From Pseudomonadota bacterium (GTDB lineage: Bacteria > Pseudomonadota > Gammaproteobacteria > Burkholderiales > SG8-39), in assembly GCA_038040245.1 (NCBI GenBank), contig JBBPIU010000001.1:1-60602 (forward strand): a stretch of 60,602 nt of DNA, given 5' to 3'. Numbering within the stretch: the first letter of the stretch is position 1; every line of letters begins with the position of its first letter. The position numbers and the translations under genes are program-made. The notes under the pieces were generated by a model that saw nothing but the letters and a program-made list of their open reading frames with translations, ran no database searches and was not told where the DNA came from. This document shows, piece after piece, positions 35,063 to 45,077 of the stretch.

Positions 35063-37492
35063 CTACTTCGCCGGCACCAGCCGAAGGAGTTGATGCGGCT
35101 CGGCGTCGAGGGTTTTCCGCTCGGTGCGCATCGGGATGTACTCGTTCTTTGCCCAGGCCTCGGTGAACGCGTCGTAGTGGGGCGAGAGGATGTTGCCGGA
35201 TTGCCCGCCGGAGTGGATGTAGAGGGATTTCTCCAGGTTCGACAGGTCGTAGATGGCGCGCAGGCTGGCGGCGTGGCGGTTGGCGAAGGGCTGCGCTTCG
35301 TCGTTCAGGTTGTTGCGTCCCGCGTTCACCGTGTAGGCGTCGCCGGGCGAGGGCACGGTGATATCGAAGAGGCGCGCGAGCAGCGGCTGGCGGCCGAACG
35401 GCCGGTGTTCGTGGCGCGCGAGGTGCGCTTCGCCCCAGCGCCAGCGGGCCTGGTCGCTGCCGTACCGTTTGCCGAGGTTGGCGAGCGCGGCGTCCAGCGA
35501 CAGGGCGAGCAGTTCTTCGCAGGTTTCCACCACGGGCGTGCGCACGTCGTCGCACCAGCGGGCGTGTTCCGCGTCGCCTGAGAGTACGTTGCCGAGAAAA
35601 ACCGCGCGCGCGAGCCAGTTGGCGCGGAAGGCGTCGCCCAACTCGTCGGCGTAGATCGCGCGTGTCAGCTCCCGCCACCAGGCCCAGGCGATCAGCGGCT
35701 CGGCGCGCTCGGGCGCCATCGCGCCGTCCCATTTGGCGAGCAGCGCGAGCGCCTTGCGCGCGTCTTCGCTGCGCGGTCGCGCCGCAAGGAGCTTGGGCAG
35801 CATTTCGCGCATCGCGAGCGACACCACGTCGGCCTGGATGCGGGCGAAGCTCTGCGCGGTGTGCTTCGGCGTAGCGTCCAGCAACTGCTGGATGCGGTTG
35901 GCGCGGTAGGGCGGCTGCCATTCGGAACTGATGAAGTGCGCGTAGCCGGGCGGGGTGATGCGGTGGTTGGCGGTGACGATCGCGCCGCTTTCCGGGTTGA
36001 AGCTGCGCGGCAGTTGCTCGAAGGGGATGGTGCCCGCCCAGTCGTACTTCGCCTGCCAGCCCGGCGCGGGGGCCATGCCCTTCAGGTCGTTGCCGGGCTT
36101 GCGGTGCGGCACGCGGCCGGCGGCGACGAAGCCGATGTTGCCGTCGATGTCGGCGTACACGATGTTCTGCTGCGGCGACTGGAAATCGCGCGCCGCGGCG
36201 AGGAAGCCGTCCCATTCTCGCGCACGCGCGAATTTCAGCGCCGCCTGCATGGTGCGGTCGTCGTCGGCGAGCGCGGTCCAGGCAAAGGCGATCACGTGCC
36301 CGCGCGGCGCCAGCTCCAGCGCCGTGTGCATCACGTCCGAGATCACCGGGCCGTGGCGCGAGACGCGGATGCGCAGCTTCTCGGATTCCGCGCCCTTTAC
36401 CCTGATCGTCTCGTCGATCACCTGGAACGGGCGCGCGCCCTCGGGCGCGAGGTAGCCGCCGGCAGCGTCCAGCTTCTCGATGTAGAGGTCCTGCACGTCC
36501 GGGCCGGTGTTGGTGAAGCCCCAGGCGATGCGGTCGTTGCGCCCCAGGATGACGCCCGGTACGCCGGGCAGCGTCGCGCCGATCACGTTCACGCCGGGCG
36601 CGGAAAGATGCGCGAAGTACCACACCGGCGGCGCGGTCAGGCCCAGATGCGGGTCGTTGGCGAGCAGCGGCTTGCCGCTCGCGCTGCGCGCGCCAGACAC
36701 CACCCAGTTGTTGGAGCCCAAGCCATCGTTGTTGCCAGGAAAATCGGGGTCAGACTCCGATTTTGGGGGCGCGAACTGCGCGAGCTGCACCGCGTCGCGC
36801 TCGAGCGCGCCATAGAGTTCCTTCAGGTCCGCGATCACGGGCGGTTGTTCGCCGGGGTAGGGCGGCAGCAGCTGGTGAATGCGCGCGAGCGGCAGCGTTT
36901 TTGCGAGGCGCATGCGGAGGAGTTCGGTGCGCCAGTTGCCGCCAAGGTCCCAGGCCATCATCTTCACCCAGGCGATCGAGTCGGCGGGCAGCCAGGGTTC
37001 GGGGCGCGCGCCGGTGAGCCAGAACTCGGGCGGCAGCACCGGGTCGGAGGCGATGAAGGCATTCACGCCGGCCGCATAGGCATCGAGCAACTTGCGCGTT
37101 TCGGCGTCGAGCATCCCGAGGTTCGCTTCAGCCGATCGCCGCACCCCCAGCGTGCGCAGGAACCGGTCGGTCTCCAGCGCGCCGGCGCCGACGATTTCGG
37201 CCAGCCTGCCCGAAGCGATGCGCCGGCTCATTTCCATCTGCCAGAGCCGGTCCTGCGCGTGGACGAAGCCCATGGCGAAGCTGGCGTCCTCCTGGCTGGC
37301 GGCGAAGATGTGCGGGATGCCGTAGTGGTCGCGCAGGATTTCGGCGGGCGCGGTCAGGCCGGCGAGGCGGATTTCGCCCCTGGTCTGAGGGAGGGACTGG
37401 CGCAGGTAGACATAGAACCCCGCCAGCACCGCTGCCGCGAGGAGCGTCGCATACGCCGCAATTCGTACGGTGAATCGTAAAAATCGTCCCAT
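35063..37492 (-). CDS. penicillin acylase-family Ntn hydrolase (possible acyl-homoserine-lactone/penicillin amidase)
   Basis: 809 aa. N-terminal anchor. Autoprocessing/catalytic site GLGSNNWVVSG, followed by LLANDPHL. Confidence 0.9.
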   Translation of the reverse strand: MGRFLRFTVRIAAYATLLAAAVLAGFYVYLRQSLPQTRGEIRLAGLTAPAEILRDHYGIPHIFAASQEDASFAMGFVHAQDRLWQMEMSRRIASGRLAEIVGAGALETDRFLRTLGVRRSAEANLGMLDAETRKLLDAYAAGVNAFIASDPVLPPEFWLTGARPEPWLPADSIAWVKMMAWDLGGNWRTELLRMRLAKTLPLARIHQLLPPYPGEQPPVIADLKELYGALERDAVQLAQFAPPKSESDPDFPGNNDGLGSNNWVVSGARSASGKPLLANDPHLGLTAPPVWYFAHLSAPGVNVIGATLPGVPGVILGRNDRIAWGFTNTGPDVQDLYIEKLDAAGGYLAPEGARPFQVIDETIRVKGAESEKLRIRVSRHGPVISDVMHTALELAPRGHVIAFAWTALADDDRTMQAALKFARAREWDGFLAAARDFQSPQQNIVYADIDGNIGFVAAGRVPHRKPGNDLKGMAPAPGWQAKYDWAGTIPFEQLPRSFNPESGAIVTANHRITPPGYAHFISSEWQPPYRANRIQQLLDATPKHTAQSFARIQADVVSLAMREMLPKLLAARPRSEDARKALALLAKWDGAMAPERAEPLIAWAWWRELTRAIYADELGDAFRANWLARAVFLGNVLSGDAEHARWCDDVRTPVVETCEELLALSLDAALANLGKRYGSDQARWRWGEAHLARHEHRPFGRQPLLARLFDITVPSPGDAYTVNAGRNNLNDEAQPFANRHAASLRAIYDLSNLEKSLYIHSGGQSGNILSPHYDAFTEAWAKNEYIPMRTERKTLDAEPHQLLRLVPAK
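36739..36763. repeat. family-2-related hairpin inside the acylase coding sequence
   Basis: AAAATCGG-ggtcagact-CCGATTTT. The minus strand TCTGACCCCGATTTT matches TCTGACCCCAATTTT at 15494-15508 in 14 of 15 positions. Confidence 0.7.
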
Positions 37493-37576
37493 TTGAGGAA
37501 GAATACCCGCGATACCCCTTGCGGGCCTCGACCCGCCTTATGCCGCACCGCCGCAAATCTGCTATGGTGCGGGTGC

Positions 37577-38830
37577 ATGCTCTACAACCTGTACGAAGCG
37601 CAGCACCAGCTGCTTGGGCCGTGGCGGTACGCGGCCGAGGCCGCCCGTGGCTGGTTTGGGCACCCCTTCAGCCCGTTCAGCTATTCGCCGATCGCGCGCC
37701 GGATCACCGCCTCGAGCGAGCTTTTCCTGCGCCTCACCCAGCGCTACGAGAAGCCGGCCTGGAACACCGATCGCACGACCGTGGAGGGCAGGGAGGTCGC
37801 GGTCGAGATCGTCACCGAACTCGACAAACCGTTCTGCAAGCTGATTCATTTCCGCCGTGCGATCGAAGGGCCGAAAGGCCGCCAGACCAACTCCCGCAAC
37901 CCCCGTGTTCTGCTGGTGGCGCCGCTCTCGGGCCACCACGCCACCTTGCTGCGCGACACGGTGCGCTCGCTGCTGCCCGAGCACGATGTCTGGGTCACCG
38001 ACTGGGTGGACGCGAGGATGGTGCCGCTCAGCGCGGGGCCGTTCCACCTCGCCGACTACGTCGACTATGTGCGCGAGTTCATCACGCTGCTGACCGACCC
38101 GCGGCAGCCGAACCTAAATGTGATCTCTGTATGTCAGCCCACCGTGCCCGTGCTGTGCGCGGTGGCGCTGATGGCGCAGGATGGCGAGCCCAACCCGCCG
38201 AAAACCATGGTCATGATGGGCGGGCCGATCGACGCCCGGAAAAGTCCGACTGCGGTAAACAACCTCGCCACGCGCAAACCCTACTCGTGGTTCGAGCAGA
38301 ACTTGATCCAGCGCGTGCCGGAGAAATATCCGGGCTACTCGCGGCGCGTGTATCCGGGGTTTCTGCAGCACCTTGGCTTCGTGGCGATGAACCCGGACCG
38401 CCACCTGGGCGCGCACTGGGACTATTTCAACCACCTGCTCCACGGCGAGGACGATCCGGCCGAGAAGCATCGCGATTTCTACGACGAATACAACGCGGTG
38501 CTGGACCTGCCCGCGGAGTACTACCTCGATACGGTGAAGACCGTGTTCCAGGATTTCGCGCTGCCCAAGGGGCGCCTCTTCATCCGCGAGCAGTTGGTGC
38601 GGCCGCACGAAATCCGCGATACCGCGCTGCTGACCATCGAGGGCGAGCTCGACGACATCTCCGGCAACGGCCAGACCGAGGCGGCGCACCTGCTGTGTTT
38701 CAACATTCCGGCGCAGCGGCGCGAGCACTACGTCGCCCCGGGCGCCGGCCACTACGGCATCTTCGCCGGCCGCCGCTGGCGCGAGACCATCTACCCGAAA
38801 GTCCGGGACTTCATCCGCCAGCACGCGTAG
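37577..38830 (+). CDS. phaZ: intracellular polyhydroxyalkanoate depolymerase
   Basis: 417 aa from the ATG at 37577. MLYNLYEAQHQLLGPWRYAAE N-terminus is typical of intracellular PhaZ. Confidence 0.88.
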   Translation: MLYNLYEAQHQLLGPWRYAAEAARGWFGHPFSPFSYSPIARRITASSELFLRLTQRYEKPAWNTDRTTVEGREVAVEIVTELDKPFCKLIHFRRAIEGPKGRQTNSRNPRVLLVAPLSGHHATLLRDTVRSLLPEHDVWVTDWVDARMVPLSAGPFHLADYVDYVREFITLLTDPRQPNLNVISVCQPTVPVLCAVALMAQDGEPNPPKTMVMMGGPIDARKSPTAVNNLATRKPYSWFEQNLIQRVPEKYPGYSRRVYPGFLQHLGFVAMNPDRHLGAHWDYFNHLLHGEDDPAEKHRDFYDEYNAVLDLPAEYYLDTVKTVFQDFALPKGRLFIREQLVRPHEIRDTALLTIEGELDDISGNGQTEAAHLLCFNIPAQRREHYVAPGAGHYGIFAGRRWRETIYPKVRDFIRQHA

Positions 38831-38885
38831 AAAAAGGGGGTCAGAACAACATTTCGCAGCGAAATGTTGTTCTGACCCCCTTTTT
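38831..38885. terminator. bidirectional rho-independent terminator, family-2 palindrome
   Basis: AAAAAGGGGGTCAGAACAACATTTCGC-a-GCGAAATGTTGTTCTGACCCCCTTTTT. Near-perfect 27-bp arms flanked by A5 and T5, lying between convergent phaZ and cysB-like genes. Confidence 0.85.
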
Positions 38886-39830
38886 CTAGAGTTCGTAGGT
38901 CGAACCCTCTTTGCTCATCACCGTTTCCTCGACCAGCTTGCGCGACAGGTTGGGCGCGAACAGTTCGATGAAGTCGTAGGTGTAGCGGCGCAGGTAGGCG
39001 CCGCGCTTGATGCCGAGGCGCGTGGTCGACGACGCAAACAGGTGCGAGGCGTCGATGGACCGGAGCGGCCGGTCGCGCTTGGCGTCGAACGCCATGGCCG
39101 CCATGATGCCGACGCCCAGGCCCAGCTCGACGTAAGTCTTGATCACGTCGGCGTCGTAGGCCGTGAGCACCACCTGCGGCGCCAAGCCGCGCTGCTCGAA
39201 GGCGCGATTGACGATGGAGCGGTTGGCGTAGGCGAAGTCGTAGGTCACGATCGGATATTTCGCGACCGCCTCCAAGGTCAGCGGCTCGACCTTCAGCAGC
39301 GCGTGCCTGGCCGGCACCACGATGCAGCGGTTCCACTGGTAGCAGGGCAGCGCCACCAGTCCAGGGTGCTCGGCGATGTGCTCGGTCGCGACGCAAAGGT
39401 CGGCCTCGCTCTGCGCCACCTGTTCGCAGATCTGCGTCGGGTTGCCCTGATGGATGAACAGCTGCACCTTCGGGTAGCGGCGCTTGAACGCGGCCACCGC
39501 CCTGGGCAGCGCGTAGCGCGCCTGCGTGTGGGTGGTGGCGATGGTCAGCGTGCCAAACTTCTCCCCGGCGAAATCCTCGCTGGCACGCTTCAGGTTGGCC
39601 GCATCGGACAGCATGCGCTCGGCAATCGCGATCACCGCGCGCCCGGGTTCGGTGATGCTCACCAGGCGCTTGCCGTTGCGCACGAAGATCTCGATGCCGA
39701 GCTCTTGCTCGAGGCCCTTGATCTGCTTGCTGACCCCGGGCTGGGAGGTGAACAGCGCCTCAGCCGCGGCGGACACGCTCAGGTCGCGCCGCGCGACCTC
39801 GCAGAGGTAACGCAATTGCTGGAGTTTCAT
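38886..39830 (-). CDS. cysB: CysB/Cbl-family LysR-type transcriptional regulator
   Basis: 314 aa. MKLQQLRYLCEVA..., TSQPGVSKQIKGLEQELG, ATTHTQARYALP and DADVIKTYVELGLGVG parallel E. coli CysB. Confidence 0.85.
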   Translation of the reverse strand: MKLQQLRYLCEVARRDLSVSAAAEALFTSQPGVSKQIKGLEQELGIEIFVRNGKRLVSITEPGRAVIAIAERMLSDAANLKRASEDFAGEKFGTLTIATTHTQARYALPRAVAAFKRRYPKVQLFIHQGNPTQICEQVAQSEADLCVATEHIAEHPGLVALPCYQWNRCIVVPARHALLKVEPLTLEAVAKYPIVTYDFAYANRSIVNRAFEQRGLAPQVVLTAYDADVIKTYVELGLGVGIMAAMAFDAKRDRPLRSIDASHLFASSTTRLGIKRGAYLRRYTYDFIELFAPNLSRKLVEETVMSKEGSTYEL

Positions 39831-39883
39831 GCCTTTATTCTATTCCAGTCTAAACAATTCAATAAAACTGACGGGAAAGAATA

Positions 39884-40504
39884 TCAGCCGCGTAACTGGT
39901 CGAGTGCCCGGTCGACGAAATCCAGCCGGTCCTGGCCCCAGTAGCGCTCGCCCGCGAGGACGTAGGTCGGCGCGCCGAACACGCCGAGGCGTTCGGCTTC
40001 TTCGCTGTAGGTCTTGTACAACTCCTGCACCGGCGCGCTTTGCTCCGCCGCGACCAGTTCTTCGCCGGGCAAGCCGTTTTCGTTCGCCACCGCAATGCGC
40101 ACCTTAGGATCCGAGGTGTCGCGTTCCTCCGCCCACAACGCGCGCAGCAGCGCGTGCGACAGGCGCTGCACGTCCAGGCCGCGTTCCTGCGCCGCGATCA
40201 CCATCCAGCCGGCCGGTTTGTTCCAGCCCGCGGGCTTGCCGTCGGCGGGGTAGTACTTCGGCGTGAGTTGCAGCGGCATGCCGAGATGTTTGCGCCAGCG
40301 CTCGAGCTCGAGCGCGTGATACGTGCGCCGCGGCTCGGGCCGGGTGCGGATCGGTACGCCGCCGGTGCGCGGCACCACTTCCTGGAAGTCGAAAGGTTTG
40401 AGCAGCAGCCGGAGGCGATGGCGACGCACGATGTCCTGCAGTTTCGGGCCGGCGAAATAGGCCCAGGGAGAGGACAGGCTGTAGTAGCAGGAAACTTCGA
40501 TCAT
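39884..40504 (-). CDS. DsbA-like 2-hydroxychromene-2-carboxylate isomerase family protein
   Basis: 206 aa. The N-terminal SSPWAYF replaces CxxC, as in HCCA isomerase/DsbA-family thioredoxin folds. Confidence 0.75.
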   Translation of the reverse strand: MIEVSCYYSLSSPWAYFAGPKLQDIVRRHRLRLLLKPFDFQEVVPRTGGVPIRTRPEPRRTYHALELERWRKHLGMPLQLTPKYYPADGKPAGWNKPAGWMVIAAQERGLDVQRLSHALLRALWAEERDTSDPKVRIAVANENGLPGEELVAAEQSAPVQELYKTYSEEAERLGVFGAPTYVLAGERYWGQDRLDFVDRALDQLRG

Positions 40505-40521
40505 GGATAATCGCGACTCTA

Positions 40522-41946
40522 ATGGAATCCCTCACCGCCCGTGCGCGCATCGATCTCGAACGACTGAACTTCCCGGCGGCGAACTGGGTACTGCCGGCCG
40601 TTGGCCCCGACGGCCGGCCGATGCTGGACGTCCTCGTCGTCGGCGGCGGCATGTGCGGCCAGACGGCTGCGTTCGCGTTGCTCGCCGAGGGCGTGCGCAA
40701 CATTCGCTGCGTGGACCGGGCGACCTACGGGCGCGAAGGCCCGTGGGCCACGTTCGCGCGCATGGAAACGCTGCGCTCGCCCAAGCACCTGACCGGGCCG
40801 GACCTGGGCGTGCCTTCGCTCACCTACCGCGCCTGGCATGAGGCGCGTTTCGGCGACGCGGCGTGGCGCTCGCTGCACAAGATTCCGCGCCTGCTCTGGG
40901 CCGAGTACCTGCTTTGGGTGCGCGCCACCGCCGGCTTGCCGATCGAGAACGAGGTCGAGGTGATTTCGTTGGAGTTGGAGGCACGCTCGATCGGGGTCAC
41001 TTTGAAGATTCTTGACGAAAAGAAAAAAATCCACGCCCGAAAAGTCATCCTTGCCCTCGGGCGCGAGGGCAGCGGCGCGCCTCGTTGGCCGAAATTTTCG
41101 ACGTTCAATCCGGTCAATCGCGGGAAAAATGTTTTCCATTCCGTGGATGACATCGATTTCAGGAATCTCGCCGGCAAGCGCGTCGGCATCCTCGGCGCGG
41201 GCTCCTCGGCTTTCGACAACGCGGGCGAAGCGCTCGAGGCAGGCGCGAAAGAGGTCGTGATGTTCGCACGCCGCCCGATCCTGCCTCAGGTGAACAAGTC
41301 GAAATGGACCAACTTCCCCGGCTTCCAACTCGGCTACGCCCCGCTCGATGACGCGCGCCGCTGGCGTTTTTACACCTATATCTTCAGCGAGCAGGTGCCG
41401 CCGCCCTACGAGAGCGTGCTGCGCTGCGAACGGCACGCGGGCTTTTCCCTGCATTTTTCCGAATCCTGGAATGATATTTCCGAGAAAAATTCGAAAGTAA
41501 CAGTGACTACAGACGAGAACAGCCGCATTTTCGACGCGGTCATCGTCTGCACAGGCTTCGACGTCAATCTCGTCGACCGTCCCGAGGTCGCCTCGTTTCG
41601 CGATTCGATCGAAACCTGGCGCTCGCACGCGCCGCAGGGCGAGGCGGCGAGATTTCCGGAAGAAGTCCGGTTTCCGTATCTGGGCGATGCCTTTCAGCTG
41701 CAAGGCACGGCATCAGAGCTCGGCCGCGTGCACCTGTTCAACTGGGGCGCGACCATGAGCCACGGCGCGCTCGCCGGCGACATTCCCGGCCTCGAGATCG
41801 GCGCGCGGCGCCTCGCGCGGGGCATCGCGCGCGACTTGTTCCTTGCCGACGCCGACCTGCATTGGCAGCGGCTTCTCGCGCACAACGAGGACGAACTGAA
41901 AGGGACGAAATACTTCGTCAGTCTATCGTCGCGCCGACCTGCTTGA
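40522..41946 (+). CDS. FAD/NAD(P)-binding oxidoreductase (flavin monooxygenase-like)
   Basis: 474 aa. Two dinucleotide folds, VVGGGMCGQTAA and ILGAGSSAFDNA. Confidence 0.8.
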   Translation: MESLTARARIDLERLNFPAANWVLPAVGPDGRPMLDVLVVGGGMCGQTAAFALLAEGVRNIRCVDRATYGREGPWATFARMETLRSPKHLTGPDLGVPSLTYRAWHEARFGDAAWRSLHKIPRLLWAEYLLWVRATAGLPIENEVEVISLELEARSIGVTLKILDEKKKIHARKVILALGREGSGAPRWPKFSTFNPVNRGKNVFHSVDDIDFRNLAGKRVGILGAGSSAFDNAGEALEAGAKEVVMFARRPILPQVNKSKWTNFPGFQLGYAPLDDARRWRFYTYIFSEQVPPPYESVLRCERHAGFSLHFSESWNDISEKNSKVTVTTDENSRIFDAVIVCTGFDVNLVDRPEVASFRDSIETWRSHAPQGEAARFPEEVRFPYLGDAFQLQGTASELGRVHLFNWGATMSHGALAGDIPGLEIGARRLARGIARDLFLADADLHWQRLLAHNEDELKGTKYFVSLSSRRPA

Positions 41947-42892
41947 CCACCGCCGCCCATTTGGCGCGGTCGGCTTTCACGGTGGCGCGGAACTGTTCGG
42001 GCGATTCCCAGCGCGGCGTGTTGCCGAGCGCGACCAGGCGATCCCTCACCGCCGGCGTCTCGAGCGCGGCTTTCACCGCCGCATTGATGCGGTTCAAGAT
42101 ATCCGCGTCCAGGCCTTTCGGCCCGAACAGGCCAAACCAGGTGATGCTCTCGAACCCGGGCAGGCCGGCTTCCGAGATAGTCGGCACTTCGGCCACCGCG
42201 GAGACGCGGTTGCGCGTGGTGACGCCGAGCAGCCGCACCTTGCCGGACTTCCACTGGCCGAGCACCGTCTGTACCTGATTGAAAATGCAGCAGGTCTGGC
42301 CCGACACCACCGACGCGAGCGCTTCGGGGCCGCCCTTGTACGGCACATGCACCATGTCAAGCCCGGCCCGCGAGATGAATTCGGCGAAAGCGAGGTGCGT
42401 GCCGGTGCCGTTGCCGGTGGAGGCGTAGTTGTACTTGCCGGGGTTGGCTTTCACCTTGTCGATGAACTCGCGCACCGTGTTGACGTCGATCAGCTGCGGA
42501 TTGATGGTCAGCACGTTCGAGACGTTCACCAGCGGCGCGATCGGCGTGAAGTCCGCCTCGACGTCGAACGGCAGCTGCTTGTACAGCGCGGCGTTGACCC
42601 CGTGCGTGGCCGCGGTGCCGAGCAGGATGGTGTAGCCGTCGGGTTTCGCTTTCGCCACTGCGTCGGAGGCCAAGTTGCCGCCGGCGCCGGTGCGGTAGTC
42701 GGTGACGATCTTGCCGCCGAGCGACTTCTCCATCGCCTCCTGCAGCATGCGCGCCACCACGTCCACGCCCGAGCCGGCGGGGAATCCCATGATGATGACG
42801 ACCGGATGCGCCGGCCAGGCCTGCGCCAGTGCGGTGGCGGGCAGCAGGCAAAGGGCGGCGAGCATGAGGCGGATCGCAGCGTGCGCGGGCAT
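41918..42892 (-). CDS. Bug/TctC-family substrate-binding protein
   Basis: GGAGAAACGTC-ATG at 42892. Signal peptide MPAHAAIRLMLAALCLLPATALA. The track fuses it to an antisense shadow ORF (41918..44821). Confidence 0.88.
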   Translation of the reverse strand: MPAHAAIRLMLAALCLLPATALAQAWPAHPVVIIMGFPAGSGVDVVARMLQEAMEKSLGGKIVTDYRTGAGGNLASDAVAKAKPDGYTILLGTAATHGVNAALYKQLPFDVEADFTPIAPLVNVSNVLTINPQLIDVNTVREFIDKVKANPGKYNYASTGNGTGTHLAFAEFISRAGLDMVHVPYKGGPEALASVVSGQTCCIFNQVQTVLGQWKSGKVRLLGVTTRNRVSAVAEVPTISEAGLPGFESITWFGLFGPKGLDADILNRINAAVKAALETPAVRDRLVALGNTPRWESPEQFRATVKADRAKWAAVVKQVGATID

Positions 42893-43024
42893 GACGTTTC
42901 TCCTTGGGAGGGTCCTGAAGTCTAAGGGAGGGGAAAGGCCAATCTGGTAAAGAACAAAAAAGCATAAAGAATTAACCAGATAGCCTTTTGCACGCATAAC
43001 GCCCCCCGGTACGATGCCCGCTCC

Positions 43025-44725
43025 ATGTACCTCTACGACGACATCGATCAGCGGCTGGTGGACGAACGGGTGGCGCAATTCCGCGACCAGACGCGGCGCT
43101 TCCTTGCCGGCAAGCTCTCCGAGGACGACTTCCGCGCGCTGCGGCTGCGCAACGGCCTGTACGTGCAGCGCTACGCGCCGATGCTGCGCATCGCGATTCC
43201 CTACGGACTGCTTTCGTCGCGCCAGCTGCGCAAGCTGGCCGAGGTCGCGCAGAAATTCGACCGCGGCTACGGCCATTTCTCCACCCGCCAGAACCTGCAG
43301 CTCAACTGGCCGAAAATCGAGGACGTGCCCGAGATCCTGGCCGAGCTCGCCGCGGTGGAAATGCACGCCATCCAGACTTCGGGCAATTGCGTGCGCAACA
43401 TCACCGCCGACCACTTCGCCGGCGTGGCGAGCGACGAGATCGTCGATTCCTTTGTCTGGTGCGAGCTTGTCCGCCAGTGGTCCACCTTCCACCCGGAGTT
43501 CAACTACCTGCCGCGCAAATTCAAAATTGCGGTCAACGGCGCGATTGCGGATCGGGCGGCAACCTTTGTTCACGATATCGGTCTTCATGCAGTAAAAAAT
43601 TCCGGGAATGAAACCGGCTTCAAGGTCATTGTCGGCGGCGGCCTGGGCCGCACGCCGGTCATCGGCCACGTGATCCGCGAGTTCCTGCCGTGGCCGCACC
43701 TGCTGACCTATCTCGACGCCATCCTGCGCGTCTACAACCGCTACGGCCGGCGCGACAACATCCACAAGGCGCGCATCAAGATCCTGGTCAAGGAGCGCGG
43801 CCTGGAGAAATTCCGCGAAGAAGTCGAGACCGAGTGGGCGCACCTGAAGGATGGCCCGGCGACCGTCGTCGAAGAGGAAATCCGCAGGATCGAGTCGCGC
43901 TTTACCCGGCCGCAGTACGAGAAGCTGGCGGAGGTGAAATACCCTGATGCGAAGACCCCTTTTTCGGCCTGGATGAAGCGCAATGTCCACCCGCACAAGC
44001 GGCCCGGCTATGCTGCGGTGACGGTGTCGCTGAAAAAAACCGGCGTGCCGCCCGGCGACGTCACCTCGGAGCAGATGGAGCGCATCGCCCAGCTCGCCGA
44101 TCTCTATTCTTTCGGCGAGCTGCGTGTCACGCACGAACAGAACCTGGTGTTCGCCGACGTGCGCCAGGCCGAACTGCCCGGCCTTTGGCAGGAGTTGCGC
44201 GACCTGGGCCTCGCGACGCCCAACATCGGCCTGCTGACCAACATCATTGCCTGCCCGGGCGGCGATTTCTGCTCGCTGGCGAACGCGAAGTCGATTCCCG
44301 TGGCCGAGGCGATCCAGCGCCGGTTCGACGATCTGGACTACCTGCACGACATCGGCGAGCTGGACCTGAATATCTCGGGCTGCATGAACGCCTGCGGCCA
44401 TCATCACGTCGGTCACATCGGGATTCTCGGTGTCGATAAGAACGGGGAGGAGTGGTACCAAATCGAAATCGGCGGAAATCAGGGGGAAATTCGTCCCGGT
44501 GCTCCCGCGTCCCTCGGCAAAGTCATCGGCCCCTCGTTCACGCGCGCCGCTGTGCCCGACGTCATCGAGCGGCTGATCGAAATCTACCTGGAGCGGCGCG
44601 ACAGCGAAGCGGAGCGCTTCGTGGACGTGGTGCACCGCCTCGGCATCGAACCTTTCAAAAGCGGCATCTATGGCAACCCTGATCAAAGAACGACGGATCG
44701 TCGAAGAGCTCTCGCCGCCGCCTGA
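43025..44725 (+). CDS. cysI: sulfite reductase hemoprotein (nitrite/sulfite reductase family)
   Basis: 566 aa. Siroheme/4Fe-4S Cys cluster (CPGGDFC...CMNACGHH). Followed by DUF934 and siroheme-synthesis genes. Confidence 0.88.
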   Translation: MYLYDDIDQRLVDERVAQFRDQTRRFLAGKLSEDDFRALRLRNGLYVQRYAPMLRIAIPYGLLSSRQLRKLAEVAQKFDRGYGHFSTRQNLQLNWPKIEDVPEILAELAAVEMHAIQTSGNCVRNITADHFAGVASDEIVDSFVWCELVRQWSTFHPEFNYLPRKFKIAVNGAIADRAATFVHDIGLHAVKNSGNETGFKVIVGGGLGRTPVIGHVIREFLPWPHLLTYLDAILRVYNRYGRRDNIHKARIKILVKERGLEKFREEVETEWAHLKDGPATVVEEEIRRIESRFTRPQYEKLAEVKYPDAKTPFSAWMKRNVHPHKRPGYAAVTVSLKKTGVPPGDVTSEQMERIAQLADLYSFGELRVTHEQNLVFADVRQAELPGLWQELRDLGLATPNIGLLTNIIACPGGDFCSLANAKSIPVAEAIQRRFDDLDYLHDIGELDLNISGCMNACGHHHVGHIGILGVDKNGEEWYQIEIGGNQGEIRPGAPASLGKVIGPSFTRAAVPDVIERLIEIYLERRDSEAERFVDVVHRLGIEPFKSGIYGNPDQRTTDRRRALAAA

Positions 44726-45077
44726 CCTGGTGGTGCTGCAGCCGACCGACGATCCCGCCGCGCTCGCGGACAGGATCGGCGGATTCGAGGCGATTGCGGC
44801 GATCGCGGTCAATTTTCCCAAGTTCGGCGACGGGCGCGGCTACTCCATCGCGCGGCTGCTGCGCGAGCGCTACGGCTACAAGGGCGAACTGCGCGCGGTC
44901 GGCGTAGTGGCGCGCGACCATCTGCATGCCATGGCGCAGTGCGGCTTCGACGCCTTCCAGCTGCGCGAGGGCGAGGATCCGCAGGAAGCGCTCAAGGCGT
45001 TCGGCGATTTCAGCGAGCAGTACCAGGCCACAACCGCGCAGCCGGTGCCGCTGTTCCGCAGGCGGGTCGGGCGATGA
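44670..45077 (+). CDS. DUF934 protein (conserved cysI partner)
   Basis: 135 aa. FPKFGDGRGYSIARLLRERYGYKGELRAVG. Overlaps the cysI tail by 56 nt. Confidence 0.85.
   Translation: MATLIKERRIVEELSPPPDLVVLQPTDDPAALADRIGGFEAIAAIAVNFPKFGDGRGYSIARLLRERYGYKGELRAVGVVARDHLHAMAQCGFDAFQLREGEDPQEALKAFGDFSEQYQATTAQPVPLFRRRVGR

Noticed and set aside
41918-44821. 967-aa ORF on the minus strand
   Set aside because: Only the C-terminal 324 codons (Bug/TctC protein, start 42892 with SD and signal peptide) are credible. The remainder is the antisense shadow of cysI.
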